DNA of 64,000 bases, taken from positions 1,820 to 65,819 of the forward strand of contig JBNLCO010000006.1 in the NCBI GenBank assembly GCA_050303855.1. The letters run 5' to 3'. The stretch comes from Candidatus Pacearchaeota archaeon (lineage in GTDB: Archaea; Nanobdellota; Nanobdellia; Pacearchaeales; GW2011-AR1). The notes beneath the pieces were generated by a model, which worked only from the letters and a program-made list of their open reading frames with translations, searched no databases and had not been told where the DNA came from. Position 1 is the first letter of the stretch; each line of letters begins with the position of its first letter. Shown here piece by piece: positions 20,274 through 30,362 of this stretch. The position numbers and the translations under genes are program-made.

Positions 20274-21554
20274 TTAAGGAGTTAATCTTGTCCTATCTCT
20301 AGGGAACAAAACTGCCTCTCTTATATTTTCTAGCCCTAAAATTAGCATAGTTAATCTTTCCAAACCAAGACCCCATCCAGCATGAGGCGGAGCACCATAT
20401 CTAAAGCTATCAATATAACCCTTAAAGTCCTTAGGATTCAAACCTTTAACTTTCAACCTCTTTTCAAGCAATTCTGGAATATGTACTCTCTGCCCACCCG
20501 AAGAAATTTCCATGCCTTGATAAATAGCATCAAATCCTCCGCTTAAACCATCTCCCTTAGGCATTATGTAAAAGGGTTTTCCCTCTATAGGCCAATCATG
20601 AACAAAAACAATTGTATCTGGAAATAATTCCCCTAATTTCTTCTCTCCATCTCCAGTCAAATCTAATTTCTCTGTATGTATCTTGTTTTTTCTCAATAAC
20701 TGATTTGTTTCTTCAAAAGTAAGATATTTAGTCTTAGGAATCTTCAAACTCAGACCCAAAATATCTAGTTCTCTTTTATTAGTGTCTATAACTTTCTGTA
20801 TAACAAACTGAACGCACCTAGCCAAAACATCCATAACCTTAAACTCATCGGCAAAACTCTGCTCATAATCCAGCTGCCTTGATTCATTTAAATGTCTAGG
20901 AGTATTATGCTTTTCTGCTCTCCAAACAGTAAAGATTGTAAAAACCTTCTCTAAAGAACAAGCAATCATTTGTTTATACAATTGGCAGCTCTGAGATAAA
21001 TAAGCATCTTTTTCAAAATATTTCAATTTGTATAATTCAGTACCGCCTTCAGAACTAGCTGCAATTATTGAAGGAAATACCGCTTCTAAAGCCCCTTCCT
21101 CTTTGATCATAAACTCTCTATACGCACTCATTATTGTTGATTGTATCTCAAAAACTGCCTGAACCTTTGGTTTTCTAATATCCAAAAACCTATAGTCAAG
21201 TCTATTCTGGAATGAAGCAGGTTTTTCATTTTTTTCATTAACATGTATAGGTAATTTACCCGCAATAGAGATAACTTCTAATCCCGTAACTTCAATTTCA
21301 ACATCATCTCTAGTAAATTCCGCCTTAACCTTAGCACTTTTAACTTTCCCAGTAATTTCAACTGCACTCTCTAAAGACAACCCCGAAATCTTAGCCATAA
21401 TATCTTCAGATTTAGCAACACATTGAACAATTCCAGTTCTATCTCGCAAAAGAACAAATCCAAGCTTAGCTAGATTTCTTATCTCATAAACCCAACCTTT
21501 CAACAAAACTTCCTTAGAAGAAGTCCTCAAATCTTTAACATAAGTCTGTTCCAT
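20274..21554 (-). CDS. aspS: Aspartate--tRNA ligase (archaeal type)
   Basis: RLDYRFLDIR, QLYKQ, RAEKHNTPRHLNE, EISSGGQR, PPHAGWGLGLER. Confidence 0.93.
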   Translation of the reverse strand: MEQTYVKDLRTSSKEVLLKGWVYEIRNLAKLGFVLLRDRTGIVQCVAKSEDIMAKISGLSLESAVEITGKVKSAKVKAEFTRDDVEIEVTGLEVISIAGKLPIHVNEKNEKPASFQNRLDYRFLDIRKPKVQAVFEIQSTIMSAYREFMIKEEGALEAVFPSIIAASSEGGTELYKLKYFEKDAYLSQSCQLYKQMIACSLEKVFTIFTVWRAEKHNTPRHLNESRQLDYEQSFADEFKVMDVLARCVQFVIQKVIDTNKRELDILGLSLKIPKTKYLTFEETNQLLRKNKIHTEKLDLTGDGEKKLGELFPDTIVFVHDWPIEGKPFYIMPKGDGLSGGFDAIYQGMEISSGGQRVHIPELLEKRLKVKGLNPKDFKGYIDSFRYGAPPHAGWGLGLERLTMLILGLENIREAVLFPRDRTRLTP

Positions 21555-21576
21555 GCATCTTAACCAATCAAGAAGT

Positions 21577-21975
21577 ATTTATTAAGATTTTGATTCCTTT
21601 TTAACAGATTCCTGTTCTTTGGTTGCTTGTTTTATTTGGTTCACTTTTTGATCAATCTTCTTTTTGAAAACATGACTCCCCACTAAAGAAACAACATAAA
21701 ATACAATAACTATTCCCAAAAAAGAAAACGCTATAGTAAAAATCTTCCCTACTGAAGTCTGAGGGGTTAAATCCCCGTAGCCAATAGTTGTAAAGGTGAT
21801 AACAGTAAAATAAATTGCATCAATAAAACTCCACCCTTCAAATTTCTGAAAAACTTTCGCAGAAACAAAAATTAAGGAAAAAAGCAAAGTCACAAGCAAA
21901 ACCGCTCTCCACACTCCTCTTTTCTCTGGGTCCATAAGTGTATAGAAGAAAAAACCATTTATTAAGATTTTGATT
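21577..21975. repeat. 19-bp direct repeat ATTTATTAAGATTTTGATT flanking the K+ channel gene
   Basis: Exact copies at 21577..21595 and 21957..21975. Confidence 0.8.
21582..21935 (-). CDS. Minimal 2-TM potassium channel
   Basis: DAIYF...TTIGYGD selectivity filter. Confidence 0.93.
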   Translation of the reverse strand: MDPEKRGVWRAVLLVTLLFSLIFVSAKVFQKFEGWSFIDAIYFTVITFTTIGYGDLTPQTSVGKIFTIAFSFLGIVIVFYVVSLVGSHVFKKKIDQKVNQIKQATKEQESVKKESKS

Positions 21976-22780
21976 TTGTCATTTCAATAACTTTATAAGA
22001 TGCAACACCCAAATTGTAGATCTCAGATTTCCCAATCTTTGCTTTTCCTTCTCCTTCATGAATGTGTCCACAAAAAACATATTTTGGATTGTATTTTTTT
22101 ATATAATTTAAAATAACTTTACTTCCAGCATGTTTTCCCACATAATTTTTCGGAGCTCCCCATTTCCCAGAAACCTTATCAAGGTATCCAAACGGAGGCT
22201 GGTGGCAAACAAGGATATCCAAACCACCAAAATTATTCAAAAACCTTTTTGCTTTTGCAGTTTCATTTTTCGCCTTTGAGATTTTCTTTTTATCTTTTGT
22301 TCCAAATTCTTTATTCCAACAGACATCATTAAAATATTCTAAAAAACCAATTCTTAGCCCATTGATATTTCTGACAACATTTCTTATGAAATAAAAATTA
22401 TCAATTTTATTCATTCCTTGTCTTAATGAAGGTAGTTTTATGTTGTATTTCTTTTCATCTTTTTTAACTTCTGAATCATAAATCATGCTCATTCCAACAT
22501 TCCCTAAGATGGAGTATGTTGGTGCAATCTTTGAAAGATATTTCCAAACATCTAAGGAAGAATCACAAATTTCTTTGTAAGATTTTTTTAAAGCCTCTCC
22601 GTCATATTCAAGTTCTTCTAGCCCTTGTTGTTTTCTTTTTATGTTTTCAAAGAAAAATTTTCTCGCGAAATCTGCTTTGCCAACATCACCAGTACATAAA
22701 ACTAAATCAATATCTTTATTCGGAACTTTCGAAAGTTTCTTCATATCTCCATGAGGATCTCCAACTACTAGAATTTTCAT
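21962..22780 (-). CDS. Calcineurin-like metallophosphoesterase
   Basis: GDPHG, TGD, LGN, HQPP, CGHIHE. Confidence 0.88.
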   Translation of the reverse strand: MKILVVGDPHGDMKKLSKVPNKDIDLVLCTGDVGKADFARKFFFENIKRKQQGLEELEYDGEALKKSYKEICDSSLDVWKYLSKIAPTYSILGNVGMSMIYDSEVKKDEKKYNIKLPSLRQGMNKIDNFYFIRNVVRNINGLRIGFLEYFNDVCWNKEFGTKDKKKISKAKNETAKAKRFLNNFGGLDILVCHQPPFGYLDKVSGKWGAPKNYVGKHAGSKVILNYIKKYNPKYVFCGHIHEGEGKAKIGKSEIYNLGVASYKVIEMTKSKS

Positions 22781-22797
22781 AATAAAACCATCAAAAT

Positions 22798-24258
22798 CTA
22801 CTTTAAAAGTTTATTTACTATCTCCATAACTTCCTTCCCATTAATCTGTCCTTTAAACTCTTTCATAACTAATCCCATATATGCATTAGCATTCAATCCA
22901 GGTTTTTCTTTTATCAATTTCAATATCTTCTCCTCCACTTCAGAAGTATCTTTCTTTTCTACTTTTACAGCCTTATCAAATTCTTCGCCCTTAGTTAATT
23001 TGATCAATATGTCCTTCACATCACTTTCTAGAAGCTCTTTATCTCTTATTTTCTTAAGAATCTCCACATAATAATCACTCAAGATTTCTTCAACTTCTTC
23101 TAAACTCTTATTTTCTTTTGAAGAAATTTCTTTAGGGAAAAGTAACATCATTTTTGCAACAAAATTAACCTTGTCATAAACATTAAGCAAATCCTTAAAT
23201 TCATTAATTCTATCCATCTTCAATAAGAGTTTAATCATTTCTTCACTCAAACCTTTTTCTTTCAATTCTCCTGCAATATCACTTCTTAGCTTAGGAAGAT
23301 CTTTCTTACATTCGTTTATGAAATCTCTAGAAATTTTCAATAAAGGCAAATCAGTCTCAGGATACATTCTATCTGCTCCAGGCATAGGCCTAAGAAATTC
23401 TGTCCCAAAATCCTTGTCATTCAATGCATTTCTTACTTCTGCAGGAGTAGGATTTTTTTTATCAGATAATTCTTTCTGTCTAAGAACTTCATTATCAATT
23501 GTATTCAAAAAAGTCTTCATATCCTGCATACCTTTCAACTCAACCCGATTCTCTCCACGTATAGAAATATTGACATCCTGTCTTATAGTTCCAAGACCTC
23601 TCTTAACTTTGCAACTTCTTAATACCTCTCCAATATACAAAGCAACTTCCTTAGCCTGTTCAGGAGTTTTAATATCGGGAGATGTAGCAATTTCAATTAA
23701 AGGTATTCCCAATCTGTCCAAAGTATAATGAACCTCCTCTTTCTCAGATTTAATTTTTCTAGCAGAATCTTCTTCGATACATACGGTGTCAATTCCTACT
23801 TTTCCAGAAGACGTTTCAACATAACCGTCCCTTGCAATTAAAACGGTTCTCTGAAATCCAGAAGTATTTGACCCGTCAACAACAGTCTTCCTCATTATTT
23901 GAGCAACAGGAATAATATTACAATTCAAAAGCAAAGCAATCTGAACTCCAATTTTCAAAGCCTCTGGATTAATTTCATGCGGAGGTTCTTCATCAAAATC
24001 AATTAAACAAGAGTTCTCTTTATGACCTTTGTAAACAAATGTTTTGTTTAAAGAAGCCTGATATTTTGCAGCAACATCAACTTCCCCACTCTCTCCTGCA
24101 ACAGCATGAAGTCTTCTCTTGACAGAAGAATCAGGCTCATCACTCCTAAGAACAGCAGGACAATCACAAAATAATTTCTTTCCATTAGCATCTAACTGCT
24201 GATGAATCTCTAAACCAGACTTAAATTTTAATTTAGCATAATCAATTAATTCTGACAT
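22798..24258 (-). CDS. gatE: Glu-tRNA(Gln) amidotransferase subunit E (short form)
   Basis: GLEIHQQL, MRKTVVDGSNTSGFQRT, RGLGTIRQDVN, RMYPETD. Confidence 0.95.
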   Translation of the reverse strand: MSELIDYAKLKFKSGLEIHQQLDANGKKLFCDCPAVLRSDEPDSSVKRRLHAVAGESGEVDVAAKYQASLNKTFVYKGHKENSCLIDFDEEPPHEINPEALKIGVQIALLLNCNIIPVAQIMRKTVVDGSNTSGFQRTVLIARDGYVETSSGKVGIDTVCIEEDSARKIKSEKEEVHYTLDRLGIPLIEIATSPDIKTPEQAKEVALYIGEVLRSCKVKRGLGTIRQDVNISIRGENRVELKGMQDMKTFLNTIDNEVLRQKELSDKKNPTPAEVRNALNDKDFGTEFLRPMPGADRMYPETDLPLLKISRDFINECKKDLPKLRSDIAGELKEKGLSEEMIKLLLKMDRINEFKDLLNVYDKVNFVAKMMLLFPKEISSKENKSLEEVEEILSDYYVEILKKIRDKELLESDVKDILIKLTKGEEFDKAVKVEKKDTSEVEEKILKLIKEKPGLNANAYMGLVMKEFKGQINGKEVMEIVNKLLK

Positions 24259-24337
24259 AAAAACAACAATTTTAAGAATTATTTAAAGCTTCCCAAAAAA
24301 ACAATAAATTTATAACCAATTTTACACAAGAAATAAT

Positions 24338-24769
24338 ATGGCAGAAAAAGAGGATAGAATATCTCTAAAGAAAAATAAAAAAGGAGTTATAGAAATGATA
24401 ACTCACCCAAACATACTCCCAAGAACATTCGGAGAGAAATCTGCAGATGCGTTAACAAAAGTTGCGGGTAGTTGGGGATTTATAATCGGATTTCTAGTAG
24501 TTTTAGTTCTATGGATAATAGTAAATAGTTCATGGATACTTTTCGGAAAAACATGGGACCCCTATCCATTCATATTACTAAACCTTGCATTATCTTGCTT
24601 AGCGGCAATACAAGCTCCGATAATACTTATGAGTCAAAATAGGGAAGCTCAAAAAGACAGGCAAAGAGCCGAATACGATTACGCAGTTAATAGAAAAGCT
24701 GAAAGAGAAATACAAGATCTAAAGAAAGTTCTAGATAGAATAGATAGAAAAATAGGCGGAAAAAAATAA
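24338..24769 (+). CDS. DUF1003-type membrane protein
   Basis: GSWGFI, DPYPFILLNL.LSCLAAIQAPIILMSQNR. Confidence 0.85.
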   Translation: MAEKEDRISLKKNKKGVIEMITHPNILPRTFGEKSADALTKVAGSWGFIIGFLVVLVLWIIVNSSWILFGKTWDPYPFILLNLALSCLAAIQAPIILMSQNREAQKDRQRAEYDYAVNRKAEREIQDLKKVLDRIDRKIGGKK

Positions 24770-24770
24770 A

Positions 24771-26069
24771 TTAATTCTCAAATTCCAAACGATCATTAAA
24801 TTCCCTGGAAATATTTTCTAACATTTTTTCCTTCACAAGTTTCTTATCTTTAGCCCAAGCTTCATGTCCTAAAACCCATCCCAATTTAGTCAAAGCCGTC
24901 TCAGACAACATATCTTTCAAGAATATAACTCCCGCATCTAACACTTCCCTTCCATTAGAATAAACATAAGGGTCTAACCTTCCGTTGATTGTCTGAGCAG
25001 TTGCACAAACAACAATCCCCTTAGAAATTATTTCTTTCAATTTTTTAGTCCATCCTGTTCTAGACCTCATTGTTGGAACATGGGCCAAACCAGAGACCTC
25101 TAAAATAATTCCTTTATACTTGTTCTTAACATACCAGTCAAGTATTCCCGGATCCTGCCCAGGATAAATCTTAACCAGAGCAATTTTATCTTCAAACTTC
25201 AAATCAGATTTAACCTTCCCTTTTTTTCTTTTATTGTAATTATCCAAAACTTCCAAGTTCCCATCAGAAAACACTTTTGCAATAGGAGTATCATTAATAA
25301 CATGAAAAGCATCTCTTCTTGAAGTATGCATCTTCTTAACTTTGGTACCAGGCATAACATAACAATAATCATCATTGGAACTACTATGTCCTACCAAAAC
25401 AACCTCAGCAATCTCACTCAAACCCGCAATCTCTGCAGAACAAACCAGATTCAAATTTGCATCACTCGAAGCACGATCAATACTCCTCTGGGAATATGTT
25501 AAAACAATTGGTTTAGTTAATTTATCAGAAAAGAAAAAACTTAAAGCACTAGCAGTATAATGCAAAAAATCAGTCCCATGAGTAATTACAACACCCTGTA
25601 CATTTGAATCATTGAGTAATTTCTCACAAGATCTAGCTATCTTCTGCCAATCCCTATAATCCATATCTTCTGAAGCTTTCATAAAAGGAATTTCAACTTT
25701 TGAAACGTTAACTTTCTCAAAAATTTCCGGATAAAATCTAAATAAACTCTCTGGAGTATCCAACCAATCAACCCCTCCTTTCTTAGGATTAAGTCTAGCT
25801 GCAATTGTACCTCCAGTAATTATCATCCCAATATTTGGTTTAGAAGGATTTTTCTTAATTTCAATTTTTTCTTCAACAGATTTAGATTTCTTAAGAACTT
25901 TTGTCTTCATAACGTCTTTCTTATTAAAACCAATATTATACCCATTATCTAACTTTAACAAAACAACCCCTTTATCCGACTCGGGACTTTCAATCAAAGT
26001 ACCTTCATAAATAGTCTTCATAAAATGCAGTTCTACTCTATCTCCAGGATAAGCATTAATTTTTACCAT
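24771..26069 (-). CDS. gatD: Glu-tRNA(Gln) amidotransferase subunit D
   Basis: LKLDNGYNIG, TGGTIA, HGTD, SQRSIDR, KMHTSRRDAF. Confidence 0.95.
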   Translation of the reverse strand: MVKINAYPGDRVELHFMKTIYEGTLIESPESDKGVVLLKLDNGYNIGFNKKDVMKTKVLKKSKSVEEKIEIKKNPSKPNIGMIITGGTIAARLNPKKGGVDWLDTPESLFRFYPEIFEKVNVSKVEIPFMKASEDMDYRDWQKIARSCEKLLNDSNVQGVVITHGTDFLHYTASALSFFFSDKLTKPIVLTYSQRSIDRASSDANLNLVCSAEIAGLSEIAEVVLVGHSSSNDDYCYVMPGTKVKKMHTSRRDAFHVINDTPIAKVFSDGNLEVLDNYNKRKKGKVKSDLKFEDKIALVKIYPGQDPGILDWYVKNKYKGIILEVSGLAHVPTMRSRTGWTKKLKEIISKGIVVCATAQTINGRLDPYVYSNGREVLDAGVIFLKDMLSETALTKLGWVLGHEAWAKDKKLVKEKMLENISREFNDRLEFEN

Positions 26070-26106
26070 GACTAGAAAAAGAACCAACTAATTAAAAATC
26101 TGTTGG

Positions 26107-27231
26107 TTACCTCAAAGCAAGAAATACTTCCCTTACAACTCCAAATGCAAAAATCAACACAAACAAGATTATAACAACCCAGCTCAAAGGCACACTATAT
26201 TCTGGTTTTCTATCTCCCTGAATCTTAGCTTTTTTTGTCATAAGCAAACTTAAAACAGCAATTATCCCTCCCGAGACAACCCCTCCTATAGACAATATCT
26301 TGGTAAAAGAAAAGAAATCAAAGAAACTAACAACAAGATACAAAAAGATTGGAACAACTGCCGAAAGAACCCAAGATTTCCTCCTCAAGAAATGATCATC
26401 AAAAATAAAATCTTCCTGAAGTGCATTACCTAAAGCAAGATAAGAGGTAAACATTGTCAATATACCCAAAACAACAAAAATACTTCCCAAAGCAAGAGTT
26501 GCAATTTGAGGAGTATCAAATCCTTTAAACCCAACAACAACTAAAGTAAACAAGATGTAGAAAATTATAGAGATTATCGTTCCCCAGAATAAAACTTTCT
26601 TAAGTTTAGCCTTTCCATTACCCAAAACCAAAGAAACCTCCGGGATAGCATGGAAACTCATCAAAGCAAATAAGACAACCCCAAAAGGCAGAAGAAAATT
26701 AAACTTATCTAAGTAAGCAAGGTTTGCAAGATTTACATCTCCAATAAAAATAAAGAATATTATCAACATCAAAATAAGAATAAAGAAAACTCCTGCTCTC
26801 TCAAACTGCTTAAGGGAACCAAGACCATTCCAAATAATAAGAGACATCAAACCCCCAAATAAAACCCCCAAAAGAACAGAATAATCCATATTCCCAAATA
26901 TAAGGAAACTCAAACTATCTCCAACTCCCACTAAATAAGCAATTATTGCAGCATAAATACCAAAGATTGTTGCAAATTCCATCCACCTCCTACCTCTCAT
27001 GCCCAGATACTTTTCAGCATATCCTACAAGCTGATGGTCATCTCTTGTCCTCAAAGAAACCTCGCCAATACAAAGATTGGTAAAAAGCATAACCGCTCCC
27101 AAGACAACAATATAAATCAATGCGATAAGAAAACCAGATTTCGATGCAACATAAGGTATACCTAAAACCCCTGCACCAATACATGCCCCAACCAAAACAG
27201 AAATTGCAGTTATTGAATTCTTACCCCTCAT
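26107..27231 (-). CDS. Amino-acid permease (aromatic/HAAAP-like)
   Basis: IGAGVLGIPY, about 11 TM helices, LPFGVVLFA. Confidence 0.82.
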   Translation of the reverse strand: MRGKNSITAISVLVGACIGAGVLGIPYVASKSGFLIALIYIVVLGAVMLFTNLCIGEVSLRTRDDHQLVGYAEKYLGMRGRRWMEFATIFGIYAAIIAYLVGVGDSLSFLIFGNMDYSVLLGVLFGGLMSLIIWNGLGSLKQFERAGVFFILILMLIIFFIFIGDVNLANLAYLDKFNFLLPFGVVLFALMSFHAIPEVSLVLGNGKAKLKKVLFWGTIISIIFYILFTLVVVGFKGFDTPQIATLALGSIFVVLGILTMFTSYLALGNALQEDFIFDDHFLRRKSWVLSAVVPIFLYLVVSFFDFFSFTKILSIGGVVSGGIIAVLSLLMTKKAKIQGDRKPEYSVPLSWVVIILFVLIFAFGVVREVFLALR

Positions 27232-27274
27232 ACAATGAAAAAGCAAATAAACATATAAAAAAGTTTTGAATAAA

Positions 27275-27346
27275 TGAGCGCAGGAGGAATCGAACCTCCA
27301 TCGCCAGGGCCGAAACCTAGCGTTCTATCCGTTGAACTATGCGCCC
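27275..27346 (-). tRNA. tRNA-Arg(TCG), no intron
   Basis: GGGCGCA...CTAGG TTTCGGC CCTGG...GGAGG-TTCGATT-CCTCC TGCGCTC A. Confidence 0.93.
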
Positions 27347-27423
27347 TACAAAAATACTACAATTACACCATTTAAAAAATTATCAATCAAATATTTTAAA
27401 TAACCTTCTTGCCTTATTTCCTA

Positions 27424-28872
27424 ATGGCAGGCAAAAAGTCCCAAGAAGGATTAACAATAAAAAAAGAAGAAAGTTTCACAGAATGGTTCACTCAATTAAT
27501 GATTAAATCTGAATTGGCAGATTATTCCTCTGTTTCGGGATGTATTATATTTAGACCTCTATCCTACCAACTATGGGAAAAAATAAAAGCCTCTTGTGAC
27601 GAAGAATTCAAAAAAATAGGATTAAAAAATTGTTACTTCCCACTATTTATACCAGAAAAATCTTTCGAGAAAGAAGCAGAACATGTAGAAGGTTTCGCTC
27701 CAGAAGTAGCTTGGGTTACCCAAGCAGGAAACACAAAATTAAGTGAAAAACTTGCAATCCGTCCAACATCAGAATCAATCATGTACGAATCGTATTCCAA
27801 ATGGATAAGAAGCTGGAGAGATCTACCTTTATTACTAAACCAATGGTGTAATGTAGTTCGTTGGGAATTTAACAACCCCGTACCTTTCTTTAGAACAAGG
27901 GAATTTTTATGGAACGAAATACATACTGCATTTGCAACTGAAAAAGAAGCTATAGAACATGGAAATAAAGTAATGAAAGCATACAACAAAATAACTCAAG
28001 ATCTAATGGCTCTGCCCGGAATCCAAGGAAGGAAAACAGATAATGAGAAATTTGCCGGAGCAGTATTCACAGAAAAGGTCCACCACTATCTTGAAAACGG
28101 GAGAATAATTGAAGGAACTTGTTTCCACTATGACGGACAAAATTTTGCAAAAGCCTATGACATAAAATTCAAAGACAAAAATGAAAAAGATCAATTAGTA
28201 CACCAAAATACCCATGCAATTACAACAAGAATGCTTGGAACAATGTTAGCAATGCATTCTGATGATAAAGGGTTAGTCATCCCCCCAAGAATTGCAGAAA
28301 ATAAAATCGTAATAGTTCCAATAATTATCAAAGGAAAAGAAAAACAAGTCATAAAGAAATCTGAAGAAATAAATAAGGTCTTAAAGAAATTCAACCCAAT
28401 CTTAGACTCAAGAGAAGAATATTCTCCAGGAAGAAAGTTCTCAGAATGGGAGTTAAAAGGGGTGCCCATAAGAATTGAAATTGGACCAAAAGACCTAGAA
28501 AAGAATTCAGTAACACTTGTAAAAAGAAACACTCTTGAAAAAAACCAAATAAAAATATCCAACCTATCAAAAAAAATACCAGAAATACTAGAAGAAATGC
28601 AAAGGGAACTTTATTCCAAAGCAGAAGAAATCTTAAAAAATTCAATTGAGAAAACAGAAAATAAAAAAGAACTCATAAAACTCATAAAAAATAAAAAGAT
28701 GGTAAAAATACCAATGTGTGATTCAGAAAAATGTGAATCAAAATTAAAAGAAGAAACCAATGGTGCAAAAACATTATTCTTGGATCCAAAAAACGAGCCC
28801 TTAAAGAATTCCAAATGTATGTTCTGTGACAGCAAACCTTCTTATTGGGTCTACGTAGGTAAAACATACTAA
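27424..28872 (+). CDS. proS: Proline--tRNA ligase (archaeal/eukaryotic type)
   Basis: IRPTSE, QWCNVVRWE, FRTREFLW, GVPIRIEIGP, C-terminal Zn domain ending GKTY. Confidence 0.95.
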   Translation: MAGKKSQEGLTIKKEESFTEWFTQLMIKSELADYSSVSGCIIFRPLSYQLWEKIKASCDEEFKKIGLKNCYFPLFIPEKSFEKEAEHVEGFAPEVAWVTQAGNTKLSEKLAIRPTSESIMYESYSKWIRSWRDLPLLLNQWCNVVRWEFNNPVPFFRTREFLWNEIHTAFATEKEAIEHGNKVMKAYNKITQDLMALPGIQGRKTDNEKFAGAVFTEKVHHYLENGRIIEGTCFHYDGQNFAKAYDIKFKDKNEKDQLVHQNTHAITTRMLGTMLAMHSDDKGLVIPPRIAENKIVIVPIIIKGKEKQVIKKSEEINKVLKKFNPILDSREEYSPGRKFSEWELKGVPIRIEIGPKDLEKNSVTLVKRNTLEKNQIKISNLSKKIPEILEEMQRELYSKAEEILKNSIEKTENKKELIKLIKNKKMVKIPMCDSEKCESKLKEETNGAKTLFLDPKNEPLKNSKCMFCDSKPSYWVYVGKTY

Positions 28873-28875
28873 AAA

Positions 28876-28986
28876 CTACCTAAGAATAAGCGCGTTAAGC
28901 TCATCTTCCAACCGAAGAGTTGATTCTAGCAATTTGCTCAACTCACCTTCTACATATTCTTTTTCCATTCTTTGTTTCGAGGCCAT
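28876..28986 (-). CDS. Putative 36-aa helical peptide
   Basis: MASKQRMEKEYVEGELSKLLESTLRLEDELNALILR; fills the gap convergent with proS. Confidence 0.4.
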   Translation of the reverse strand: MASKQRMEKEYVEGELSKLLESTLRLEDELNALILR

Positions 28987-29011
28987 TTTAATTGATAACC
29001 CAAAACCAACA

Positions 29012-29127
29012 ATGAATTACTTTTCAAGCTTAAGAAGAAACCGATACTCTCATTCAACTCAAGCCTTAAAGCCGAATTACATTGAGAGTCTTAGTTTAAT
29101 AAATGAAGTGCAGACTAAGTAATTCAT
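29012..29127. ncRNA. Candidate structured RNA or leader downstream of disA
   Basis: 11-bp terminal inverted repeat ATGAATTACTT/AAGTAATTCAT enclosing ACTCTCA/TGAGAGT and CTTAGT/ACTAAG stems. Confidence 0.4.
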
Positions 29128-29201
29128 AGGATTCCATGCCTTACAATGTCCGAAATTCATATAAAATCTAAGAGCCTCAACCTTATAAATATTTCTAAAA
29201 A

Positions 29202-30308
29202 TCAAAGTTTTCTTCCAAAACTAATTTTCTCTCTTAAATTATAAAGTTCTTCTTTAAAGAAGTCAACCATGCCCTCACTCTGGAAAATTCTAAGCAAATC
29301 TTCATAACGAGCAGATAAAATTTTACCAAGAGTTCCAAAATGAGCAACAAGAGAATCAATATAACGTTCAGGGATATTGGTCTTCTTAAGTATTCTTAAT
29401 CCCCTAGGAAAAATTTTCATATCGTAAACTTCATCAAAAAGTATATCCGAAATATCCTGAGTTTCTAAAAGAGAATCAAGATCCATTTCCCCCAAAAGTT
29501 GCTCTATTTTAGAATGATTTGAAGCAAAATAATCTCTTAAAACAAGGTCTTCTTCACGATCTAATCCCTGAGTAAGATTTCTTAATCTAGAACTAACAAT
29601 AACTCCCTCTTTACCAAGTTCAATAAGATACTTCTTTATCACAGAAGAGATTCTCTTAAGAATTTCAAAATTTTGAATCACCTTAGAAACATCGTTAACA
29701 GTAACCATCTTCTGCAATTCTAAAACGTTAAGATCTAAAACAGATTCGTTAAGACTTTCTCTCTGTTTCTCAAGTATTTGCATATTTTCTGAAGCTCTTC
29801 TTAAAACCTCTGAAGATTTTCTAAGTTCATGCCTTTTATCTCCATAATAAAGTGTAATCTTTCTCTTCCTTTCGGATATTGCAACAATTATTGAACCTGT
29901 TTGTTTTGAAGTTCTTTCAGCAGCCTTATGCCTAGTTCCAGTCTCACGAGTTGGAATTTGAGGATCAGGAGCAAGAAGAGTGTTTGCGTAAAGGATCTTT
30001 TTAACATCTCCAGATAAAACAATTGCACCATCCATTTTAGCAAGCTCAACAAGTTTCTGAGGGGAAAACTTAGAATAAATCTTGAAACCCTTTTCAACCA
30101 CAGAAGAAACCCTTCCATTATCAATAACAATCAAAGCTCCCATCTCTGCATTAAGTAAATCATCTAATGCCGCTCGAATAGATGTGCCCGGAGCAACCAT
30201 CTTCAAAACATCAAAAAAATCCTTCTGATCAAAATCTATTTTAATTGAATCCTTATTAGGAACAAAAAGATCCTCAACATTCTCTTTTTTCTCTTCAGGT
30301 TCGGCCAT
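29202..30308 (-). CDS. disA: DisA-like diadenylate cyclase
   Basis: VAPGT, ELAKMDGA, ETGTRHKAAER, ISERK; linker plus C-terminal HhH-like region. Confidence 0.88.
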   Translation of the reverse strand: MAEPEEKKENVEDLFVPNKDSIKIDFDQKDFFDVLKMVAPGTSIRAALDDLLNAEMGALIVIDNGRVSSVVEKGFKIYSKFSPQKLVELAKMDGAIVLSGDVKKILYANTLLAPDPQIPTRETGTRHKAAERTSKQTGSIIVAISERKRKITLYYGDKRHELRKSSEVLRRASENMQILEKQRESLNESVLDLNVLELQKMVTVNDVSKVIQNFEILKRISSVIKKYLIELGKEGVIVSSRLRNLTQGLDREEDLVLRDYFASNHSKIEQLLGEMDLDSLLETQDISDILFDEVYDMKIFPRGLRILKKTNIPERYIDSLVAHFGTLGKILSARYEDLLRIFQSEGMVDFFKEELYNLREKISFGRKL

Positions 30309-30362
30309 GCACAATCCATAAAGAAGAAATATTTAAGCTTTTATGAGAAATATAACAATTAC

